NCBI GenBank assembly: GCA_017444525.1
Contig: JAFSWL010000022.1
Location: 73,879 to 137,878, forward strand
Reading direction: 5' to 3'
DNA from: Alphaproteobacteria bacterium
GTDB lineage: Bacteria > Pseudomonadota > Alphaproteobacteria > RF32 > CAG-239
DNA length: 64,000 nt
Under the pieces are notes generated by a model, which was not told the DNA's origin, ran no database searches, and worked only from the letters and a program-made list of their open reading frames with translations. Position numbers and translations under genes: made by a program. Of the stretch, positions 1-7,495 are shown one piece after another; the first letter of the stretch is position 1; each line of letters begins with the position of its first letter.

Positions 1-105
1 CGATAGCAAGTTATGCCACCCGCGATAAATGTATATCCGGCAACAACACGGTTATATGGACTTTTCGGTAAAAACCGATAATATCATACATCTCTCAGAG
101 AACAT

Positions 106-1071
106 TTAATTTTCCGAAGCGTCGAACAATGGACGACCTTGTCTCATACGCGTCATCTGCATTTCAATAGTAGTGGCCAAATTAATTTTACCGGTTTTGA
201 TAATATTACGTGTTTGATCGCCTTGAGTGGTAATCGGATTAGCAAAAAGGAATTGCACCACCGGACGCTTTTTGCCGGCTCCGATGAGTTGTTGGTGTAT
301 AACACCCAAAATACCGCGTGAAAGTAAGTCGAAGGCTAATTCCTCACTCATTTCTCCAGCGGAAGCATGCTTAACTATGGCATCAATAGCATCGGCAACG
401 TTATTAGCGTGAATTGTAGATAACACTAAGTGTCCGGAAGTGGCAGCACGCAAACATTCGCTGGCGGCTGCCGGAGTACGAATCTCTCCAACCAGAATGT
501 AACGTGGACGCGAGCGCAATGCCGAACGCAACGAAGCCCCCCAATCATCGTTTATTGGCTGAGTTTGTTTACACATTCCGATAGAACCGTTCATAGCTCT
601 ATATTCGCCGTCAAGCGGCATTTCGAACGGGTCTTCAATGGTATATGCGAATCCCCCGTTGCGGATTAAATATTCACGCAATAAACTAGATACTGTTGTG
701 GTTTTACCGGAACCTGTAGCCCCGCCAAGCAAAATAAGCCCCGAAGCATTACCAAGTGTCGCCAAATAATTAATCAATGCCGGAGGATAGCCCAAAGCCG
801 TCAAATCCGGCACCTTTTTCGGCATTTTACGCATACAAAACAAAACACCGTACATTGAAACGGTACGTTCCACACGGAAGAAAAAGTCTTCATATGTTAT
901 GGAATAGCTGGAACGGCCGGTAAATGAGCGTTCCAATAAATCATAAAAAACGTCAAAATCATCCGGCATTATTTGTTTTAAGCCGTTTTCCGTGCGCGAA
1001 TCCGGAACAAACACTTGTTTATCAGGTGTTATGTATATATCTGGATAAAATTCATCATTAATGCGTGCCAT
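106..1071 (-). CDS. PilT/DotB-family secretion or pilus-retraction ATPase, AAA+
   Basis: It has a Walker A motif GATGSGKTTT and a PilT-like C-terminal block GEIRTPAAASECLRAATSGHLVLSTIHANN. I moved the start to the ATG at 1071 (MARINDEF...), which has a GGAG Shine-Dalgarno upstream; the track ORF extends 39 codons further with no RBS. Confidence 0.7.
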   Translation of the reverse strand: MARINDEFYPDIYITPDKQVFVPDSRTENGLKQIMPDDFDVFYDLLERSFTGRSSYSITYEDFFFRVERTVSMYGVLFCMRKMPKKVPDLTALGYPPALINYLATLGNASGLILLGGATGSGKTTTVSSLLREYLIRNGGFAYTIEDPFEMPLDGEYRAMNGSIGMCKQTQPINDDWGASLRSALRSRPRYILVGEIRTPAAASECLRAATSGHLVLSTIHANNVADAIDAIVKHASAGEMSEELAFDLLSRGILGVIHQQLIGAGKKRPVVQFLFANPITTQGDQTRNIIKTGKINLATTIEMQMTRMRQGRPLFDASEN

Positions 1072-1152
1072 TTTTTTCTCCTTGTCTGCTGTGCAGTATA
1101 GATTGTATTTTGTAAAATATCCATTAAAAAGCAAAAAATTAATATTCTTATT

Positions 1153-1181
1153 GTCAGCGCATAAAAAATATTTTATACTGT
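1153..1181 (+). promoter_or_regulatory. sigma70-like promoter upstream of the ABC transporter gene
   Basis: The sequence is TTGTCA, a 17-nt spacer, then TATACT, about 45 nt upstream of the ATG at 1225. Confidence 0.35.
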
Positions 1182-1224
1182 CCGTCATAATTAAACGGAA
1201 TCAAAAAACAGGGTAAAAAACAGG

Positions 1225-3180
1225 ATGAAAGCCATACGCTTTTTTGCAGTCTTTATCATCGGTTTGTTGCTGATTGCAATATTGAGTCGCTCTTTATGGT
1301 ATGTTGCACCGATTAAGTTTCCGCTCGAATTCGTTATTGATGCGGTAAAGTTTGATATTTTATGCATTATCGTCGGTTTTTATGTTTTATTCTGGGGAAT
1401 CGTTGCTATCATTTATTTGGCACGACACAAAATTTATAATAAATTATCCGCACAAAAATCCTTACATAGCTATATGTTTATATTGCCCTATGCCAAACCG
1501 TATTGGATCCGCACCTTATTGGCCATTGTTATTACCATACCTATTGGCACTATGGACGCAGTTATTGCTTGGTCTCTCAAACCTTTTATGGATGTAGTTT
1601 TGATAGAAAAACAAACCGGTTGGACAATGTATATTCCGCTGATGATTGTGGTTTTCAGCATTTTGCAGGCAGTTTTCACTTATATTGCAACTTATCTGAA
1701 TACTTGGGTAGGAAGCCGAATATCTTTGGATTTAAAGCGCAAGCTGTTCAATACTTTACTGCATCGCGATGCTACTTTTTTTGATAAAAACAATTCCGGA
1801 TTTGTCTTGATGCGTTTCAATCAAGATGCCGAATCGGCATGCGGCGGCCTCTTAAACAGTATGCGTCTGTTTTCAACGCGTTTCTTTTCTTCATTATCGC
1901 TCTTGGTTGTGCTTTTTTATAACTCATGGAAATTAGCTATTGTAGCAACTATCGTGTTATTCGGAGCATTGATGCCGCTGACAAAAGTCAAAAAGAGGCT
2001 CAATGCTGTGGTTTCCAAAGATACGGATTTGATGGCAAAAATTTATCGCGATTACAATGAAATTTTCAGTGGTAATCGTATCGTTACCGCCTATAATTTA
2101 TTTGATTTTTGTAAGAAGAAATTTACAAACAATATAAATAACGCCTTTGATATGACTCTACAGATGAAGAAGAAAACCGGAATAATTTCTCCGTTGATGC
2201 ACGTCATATCTTCATTCGGCATCGCCTTTGTTATATGGTTCGGTAGTTATTTAATAGTTTCTCATCAAATTACCGTCGGTAATTTTGCCTCGTTTGTTAC
2301 CTCACTTGTAATGTTGTACAATCCGCTCAAATCCATCGGTAACAATGCAAGTAATATCGCTGTTTCTTTAATGGCTGTAGACCGTGTGTCAGATCAATTG
2401 AGCGCTGTCGATAAAATCAAAAACAAACCTGATGCCGTGGAGCTGAAAAAATGCCGCGGTGAAATCAGTTACAAAGATGTTTCTTTTGCCTACGTTAAAA
2501 ATAAACCGGTTTTACGCCATATTAATCTTGAGATAAAATCCGGAGAAACCATTGCATTGGTAGGTAATTCCGGCGGAGGAAAATCGACCATTTCCGTATT
2601 GTTGCCGCGTTTTTATGATGTTACCGCAGGTTCCATAACAATCGATAATATTGATATACGTAATATCCGATTAACTGATTTGCGTGATAATATCTCTATT
2701 GTATTTCAGGATAATTTCCTATTCGGCGGCACAATCAGAGAAAATATTTTACTTGGTCGTACCGATGTATCGGAAGAACGATTGAATGAGGTGATTAAGG
2801 CGGCATGTCTGGACGAGTTTATCGACTCTTTGGATAATGGTTTGGATACCGAAATCGGGGAGCGCGGTGTTCTAGTTTCGGGCGGACAAAAGCAGCGAAT
2901 CGCCATCGCGCGTGCGTTTATAAAAAATGCGCCGATTCTGATTTTGGATGAGGCTACGTCGGCGCTTGATAACAAATCGGAAAAAATCGTGCAGCAAGCA
3001 ATTGATAATTTGATGAAAAACCGCACCGTGTTGGTTATAGCACACAGGCTTTCTACGGTTCGCAATGCCGATTGTATTGCCGTGATTAACAACGGAGAAA
3101 TTGTTGAACGCGGCACTCATGAAGAGCTGTTGGCCAAGGGCGGAGAATATGCCGCACTTTATAAAACACAATTGAGCTAA
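1225..3180 (+). CDS. MsbA-like ABC exporter with fused permease and ATPase domains, and an N-terminal membrane extension
   Basis: Hydrophobic segments are followed by a Walker A motif GNSGGGKST, an ABC signature LSGGQKQRIAIARA and a Walker B motif [12 protein letters not shown]. Confidence 0.8.
   Translation: MKAIRFFAVFIIGLLLIAILSRSLWYVAPIKFPLEFVIDAVKFDILCIIVGFYVLFWGIVAIIYLARHKIYNKLSAQKSLHSYMFILPYAKPYWIRTLLAIVITIPIGTMDAVIAWSLKPFMDVVLIEKQTGWTMYIPLMIVVFSILQAVFTYIATYLNTWVGSRISLDLKRKLFNTLLHRDATFFDKNNSGFVLMRFNQDAESACGGLLNSMRLFSTRFFSSLSLLVVLFYNSWKLAIVATIVLFGALMPLTKVKKRLNAVVSKDTDLMAKIYRDYNEIFSGNRIVTAYNLFDFCKKKFTNNINNAFDMTLQMKKKTGIISPLMHVISSFGIAFVIWFGSYLIVSHQITVGNFASFVTSLVMLYNPLKSIGNNASNIAVSLMAVDRVSDQLSAVDKIKNKPDAVELKKCRGEISYKDVSFAYVKNKPVLRHINLEIKSGETIALVGNSGGGKSTISVLLPRFYDVTAGSITIDNIDIRNIRLTDLRDNISIVFQDNFLFGGTIRENILLGRTDVSEERLNEVIKAACLDEFIDSLDNGLDTEIGERGVLVSGGQKQRIAIARAFIKNAPILILDEATSALDNKSEKIVQQAIDNLMKNRTVLVIAHRLSTVRNADCIAVINNGEIVERGTHEELLAKGGEYAALYKTQLS
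2921..3180 (+). repeat. direct repeat copy 1: the 3' end of the ABC gene, duplicated at 6905-7165
   Basis: About 260 bp are near-identical to 6905-7165. The central roughly 140 bp are identical and the 3' tail has diverged. Confidence 0.8.
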
Positions 3181-3273
3181 AATTCACAATTTTTATATAT
3201 AAATAATAACTTGATTCGACGATTTATTTTGCCTTTTTTAGTTAAGACAAAATAAAAATTTTTCGGATATATA

Positions 3274-3302
3274 TTGACAAATTGGATAAAATATTTTATA
3301 CT
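3274..3302 (+). promoter_or_regulatory. near-consensus sigma70 promoter
   Basis: The sequence is TTGACA, a 17-nt spacer, then TATACT, lying upstream of the truncated surface-protein paralog. Confidence 0.4.
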
Positions 3303-3335
3303 GACCTTGTCATTAACAAATATGGAGGCAAAAAA

Positions 3336-3638
3336 ATGAGTGATGACCCCCACCCCTGTATGAAGGTGACGAGCCACATTCGCAATCTTATTAAAATGTC
3401 CGCCACGGCGGTTCATATTCAGGAACAAAACGTTTCGCTGATTTTTTCTGATGATAACAATTCATCAAATTTAATTCTGAATGCGGAAAATATTGCCGCG
3501 AAAAATCTTAATCATAATCAAAAACTTTCTTTCGATGATTTAAGACCGTATCTGCTTGCGCCTAAAAATTCGGTGCAACACTTGCGCTTGGTTATCAATA
3601 AATACGGTGTTTGTACTCGTAGATTTTCGAACAATTGA
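3336..3638 (+). pseudogene. truncated N-terminal paralog of the two downstream surface-protein genes
   Basis: It shares the RBS and the N-terminus MSDDPHPC with the gene at 3739. It aligns over about 90 aa (NAENIAA versus GAENISA, and FDDLRPYL versus YNDLRPNL) and then terminates. Confidence 0.5.
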
Positions 3639-3738
3639 AAATCGCGACAAATCGGCAATGCTCCGATAACCACAGATTACTGATTAAGATAGGAATTATG
3701 TTTTTGGATTAACATTATCATTCACATAGGAGGAAAAA

Positions 3739-4734
3739 ATGAGTGATGACCCCCACCCCTGTACGCAGGATAATAATTTTGACTTATGCAAACTTATATT
3801 GAAAACTTTGCTTTTAACCGCGACTACCGCGGCTTTTGCTCAGGAACAAAAAGTTCCGACAATTAAATCCGATGTCCGTTCGGACAGACTGACTTTGACG
3901 CTCGGCGCGGAAAATATCTCCGCCTTGACCATCGAACAAGATAAAACCGTATTCTACAACGATTTAAGACCGAATCTGACGGCGCGTGCCTGCAACAGGC
4001 GCGGCGATTACGCACAGCTTAAGGCGATGGAAGTCTTAATTCTGGAAGATAAAAACTTTACCCCGATTACTTCTAAATTTATGCTGGAACTCGGTAAACT
4101 GACCGGCAACGGCGGCACCGTTATTTTCAAGGCCGGCCGCGAAAAAACCGAAGGTGCGACCCTGTTTGACCACGCCCTCGAATATTATGCCGACTCCCGC
4201 GATGCCTATCAATTTGCCAACAGCGCGGAAAGATTGGTTTTCGGATATCAGAAAAATAATAAATTCATCGAGCTAGGTATTATCGGCAAAAACGGCGACG
4301 GATTTTTCGTTATACCGAATCCGAAACACGCAGATTTTTGGGCTAAAAGCGGTTTAACCCTCTTGGGAAAGAGCGGTGTTAGACTCAATGTAACCGGAGC
4401 AATGCGCTTCGGCAGCAAACACAAGCATTTACTGAGTTCCATCGGCATATCCGAGCGTTCCGGTTTCGGTATCAGAATGTTGGGTAATTATGATTTTGCC
4501 GAAAAGAAAGGCAATCTCGGATTGCGTGTATGGAAAGATTTTATGCACGGCTGGAAAATGATTACCGAAGCAGTATTCGATCAAAACCGCGATTTATATA
4601 TTCGCAACGGAGCTAACAAAGGCAGAGTGCAATTTTCCATAGAATACGGTAAACCGAAAAACCGGTCGAATTACTTTAATTTTACCGTTGCAGCCAATCT
4701 TGCAAGATCGCACATCGTGAGCGGCACCAAATAA
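3739..4734 (+). CDS. putative secreted or outer-membrane protein, paralog A, unknown family
   Basis: A strong RBS AGGAGG precedes it. A charged N-terminal extension of about 25 aa is followed by a hydrophobic region LLLTATTAAFA and then QEQ. It is about 45% identical to the next gene. Confidence 0.6.
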   Translation: MSDDPHPCTQDNNFDLCKLILKTLLLTATTAAFAQEQKVPTIKSDVRSDRLTLTLGAENISALTIEQDKTVFYNDLRPNLTARACNRRGDYAQLKAMEVLILEDKNFTPITSKFMLELGKLTGNGGTVIFKAGREKTEGATLFDHALEYYADSRDAYQFANSAERLVFGYQKNNKFIELGIIGKNGDGFFVIPNPKHADFWAKSGLTLLGKSGVRLNVTGAMRFGSKHKHLLSSIGISERSGFGIRMLGNYDFAEKKGNLGLRVWKDFMHGWKMITEAVFDQNRDLYIRNGANKGRVQFSIEYGKPKNRSNYFNFTVAANLARSHIVSGTK

Positions 4735-4765
4735 CTTATGCAATTTTATCAATATAGGAAAAAAA

Positions 4766-5758
4766 ATGACTGATACTTTAAACTTAAAAAACAATGATTT
4801 TCAACTTTTCAACGTTCGTAACTTTGTTATCAACACTCTGTTGCTGACGGCTACGGCGGCGGTTGCTCAGGAACAACAGATTACGCAAACAAATTCCGAT
4901 GATACCAAGGATCGGATGACCTTAGTTCTTGACGCAGCTAATATTGCTGGTTTGACTGTGGAAGAAGGAAAAACCACTTTCTATAATGACTTTGCTCCGT
5001 CATTTTTGGCGAGAGCCGAAAACAAACGCGGTGATTATGCCCAACTTTCCGGTCAAGAAGGCGTTATCTACAATAACGATTCATTCAAATCCTTAACCAT
5101 TAAGTTTATGGTTGAACTGGGTAAACAACTCGGCAATGGCGGCGTGATTACCTTCAAAACCGGTCGTGCCGCTACCGAAGCTGGAGCCGTATTTGATAAT
5201 CCGCTCAGTTATTATGCTGATGCTTATGATATCGGTCGTTTCGGTAATGCCAGCGACCGTATCGTTTTCGGCTACGAAAAAGGTGGACAATTTATTGAGC
5301 TCGGTATGATAGGCAGTGCCGGCGACGGCTTCTACGTTATACCGAATCCGAACAAATCAGATTTTTGGGCTAAGTGCGGCTTGACCCTCTTGGAAAAAAG
5401 CGGTGTCAGACTGGATATGACCGCCGCGGTGCGTACCGGTAGCAAACATCGCCAGTTGCTCAGTTCCATCGGTATTCATAGTCGTGCTTACGGCGGTACG
5501 ATTTTCGGTCATTACGATGCCAAACAGCATTGCGGCAACTTGGGCGCACGCGCTTGGTACGACTTGCGCCGCGGCTGGAAAACCATTGCCGAATCGGTAA
5601 TCACACAAAATCGTGATTTGTCGGTACGTGCCGGTGTCGGCAAAGGCGGAATGCAGTTTTCGCTGGAAATTTCCAAACCGCGCGAGCAACCGGTTGCCGT
5701 AAACTTTACGGTGGCCAGCAATTTGGCGCGTTCTCATACTATATGCGGTCACAAATAA
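4766..5758 (+). CDS. putative secreted or outer-membrane protein, paralog B
   Basis: It has the same architecture and is colinear with 3739-4734. Shared motifs include GDYAQL, FYVIPNP..DFWAK.GLTLL and NFTVA.NLARSH. Confidence 0.6.
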   Translation: MTDTLNLKNNDFQLFNVRNFVINTLLLTATAAVAQEQQITQTNSDDTKDRMTLVLDAANIAGLTVEEGKTTFYNDFAPSFLARAENKRGDYAQLSGQEGVIYNNDSFKSLTIKFMVELGKQLGNGGVITFKTGRAATEAGAVFDNPLSYYADAYDIGRFGNASDRIVFGYEKGGQFIELGMIGSAGDGFYVIPNPNKSDFWAKCGLTLLEKSGVRLDMTAAVRTGSKHRQLLSSIGIHSRAYGGTIFGHYDAKQHCGNLGARAWYDLRRGWKTIAESVITQNRDLSVRAGVGKGGMQFSLEISKPREQPVAVNFTVASNLARSHTICGHK

Positions 5759-5777
5759 TAATTTAAGGGGTAAAATC

Positions 5778-6041
5778 ATGTTAGAAAATTTGAAAAACAA
5801 ACTCATTCAAAGTGCAATCGTCGTCAGCGGTTTATTTACCGTCGGTACGGCACTGTCAAGCTGTGATGAGCTTAAATCACCGCAGCAAAAAGGTAAGGAA
5901 TTGGTGCAAAAGCGCAACCCGACAGCCGACTCAATTAAGGCCGCACCATATAAAATATGTCGGTACGAGAGGAATATGCCGAGCGCCGTACAGATTCTGC
6001 CAAAATCAAACTGTTACGAGAAAAGTATCAGTTTCGGCTGA
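5778..6041 (+). CDS. lipoprotein signal peptide and N-terminal segment; possibly the 5' part of a frameshifted gene continuing in 5957-6877
   Basis: An RBS AAGGGG precedes it and it has a lipobox LSSC. Its frame overlaps the next ORF by 85 nt. Confidence 0.35.
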   Translation: MLENLKNKLIQSAIVVSGLFTVGTALSSCDELKSPQQKGKELVQKRNPTADSIKAAPYKICRYERNMPSAVQILPKSNCYEKSISFG

Positions 6042-6877
6042 CGCAATATCAGCAAGCTCTCGACAGCTTGAAACAAATGCAACAGACGGTTGATGCCGAG
6101 TTATTGCAGGCGGCAGCTTGCGGCGACTTGGATGGCGTTAAAACCGCACTTGAAAACGGTGCAAATGTCAACGCTCAAGGCGAAAAATCCGGCAACACCG
6201 CCTTGATGAACGCAATTGAGCATTGTTCCGACACGCAAAAAGCCTTTGATGTTGCCATGTATTTGTTGGGCGAGTCGAGCATTCGTACCCAAATTGAAAA
6301 CAAACGCGGTATCAGCGCCGTAGATTTACTTAAAGCCAAACTCAACAGCGGTGAGGCCGAATGGGAAACGATTGCCCGCAAATTCGGCGAGCCGACGACC
6401 GACAATTCGCGCCAACGCGGCAATTCCGAAGTGGATAAATTTGCGGCTGAAGTTAAGCAAACTTATAAACAACTGGTCGAAAGCTACGGCAAGGAAATGC
6501 GTGCCGCTTTGGGTTACGTTTACATGGGTAAAGATGTTCACCAAAACGAAAAAGGCGAGCAAATTTACTTTATCGGCGGCTATGGTGACGAATATCCTTG
6601 CGGAGTTGAAATTACCACCAATGAAGACGGCAGCAAAGACACCACGGCGGTCAATCCTTATGCCGTGCATCCGACGGTTAAGGCAAAACTATTGTTGCGC
6701 GAGCCGCATGAAAAGTATTTGGTACCGGAAGAAATCGGCACGCAAGTCGTGCATAAAAGTCGGCGCAAAGGTTACGGTATCGGCCATCGCTATCACAAAA
6801 CGGTTATCGATACATACACCGTAACCACAACCCGCGACGGCCAGCAACACTGGGTAAAAACTCGTGAAGGCCGGTAA
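5957..6877 (+). CDS. ankyrin-repeat protein with a coiled-coil N-terminus and a C-terminal domain of unknown function
   Basis: It contains ANK-like repeats LLQAAACGDLDGVKTALENGANVNAQ...GNTALMNAIEH. The frame opens only at 5951, immediately after a TAA stop. Confidence 0.6.
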   Translation: MSVREEYAERRTDSAKIKLLREKYQFRLTQYQQALDSLKQMQQTVDAELLQAAACGDLDGVKTALENGANVNAQGEKSGNTALMNAIEHCSDTQKAFDVAMYLLGESSIRTQIENKRGISAVDLLKAKLNSGEAEWETIARKFGEPTTDNSRQRGNSEVDKFAAEVKQTYKQLVESYGKEMRAALGYVYMGKDVHQNEKGEQIYFIGGYGDEYPCGVEITTNEDGSKDTTAVNPYAVHPTVKAKLLLREPHEKYLVPEEIGTQVVHKSRRKGYGIGHRYHKTVIDTYTVTTTRDGQQHWVKTREGR

Positions 6878-6904
6878 TTATTTTGTTGCTTATTAACACA
6901 CCCT

Positions 6905-7165
6905 AAAAAAAATGCACCGATTCTGATTTTGGACGAGGCTACGTCGGCGCTTGATAACAAATCGGAAAAAATCGTGCAGCAAGCAATTGATAATTTGATG
7001 AAAAACCGCACCGTGTTGGTTATAGCACACAGGCTTTCTACAGTTCGCAATGCCGATTGTATTGCCGTGATTAACAACGGAGAAATTGTTGAGCGCGGTA
7101 CCCATGAGGAACTACTCGCCAAAGACGGCGAATATGCCGCGCTTTACAAAACTCAAATAGCTTAA
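6905..7165 (+). pseudogene. orphan duplicate of the ABC exporter 3' end, forming direct repeat copy 2
   Basis: It translates to [40 protein letters not shown]..., matching the C-terminus of the 1225-3180 product. It has no N-terminal part and no RBS. Confidence 0.65.
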
Positions 7166-7495
7166 TCGGTGTTTATATTGATATCCGCTAATTTTTACTA
7201 GACACTTTTAAATATCTGTCTTATGATGTTGACAGACAGGGAGGCCTGTTCGGGGTGTGGTAGCCTCTGCAATAGAAAGTATATAAAGACGTAAGGTTGC
7301 ACGTCTACCGGTCATGTATATATGATATGTGGCTGGAAGGCGGCAAAATACGCCGTTTTAAAACTACATATATATGCTCGAGCGATATGTGCCGGTTATG
7401 GCTAATATGTCGCACAATCCTATTGCATTGTTACCAACTTCCAGTCGCTTTTTTAAGCGGCTTTTTGTTTGTGGCTTGAACTAAAGGAAGTTGTG

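Noticed and set aside
3282-3335. Extended N-termini suggested by the ORF track for many genes (e.g. 3282, 7469, 16128, 49788, 59385, 57420, 1188)
   Set aside because: The track appears to use alternative start codons and the longest ORF. In each case an internal ATG with a clear Shine-Dalgarno sequence gives the canonical protein N-terminus, so the shorter start was adopted.
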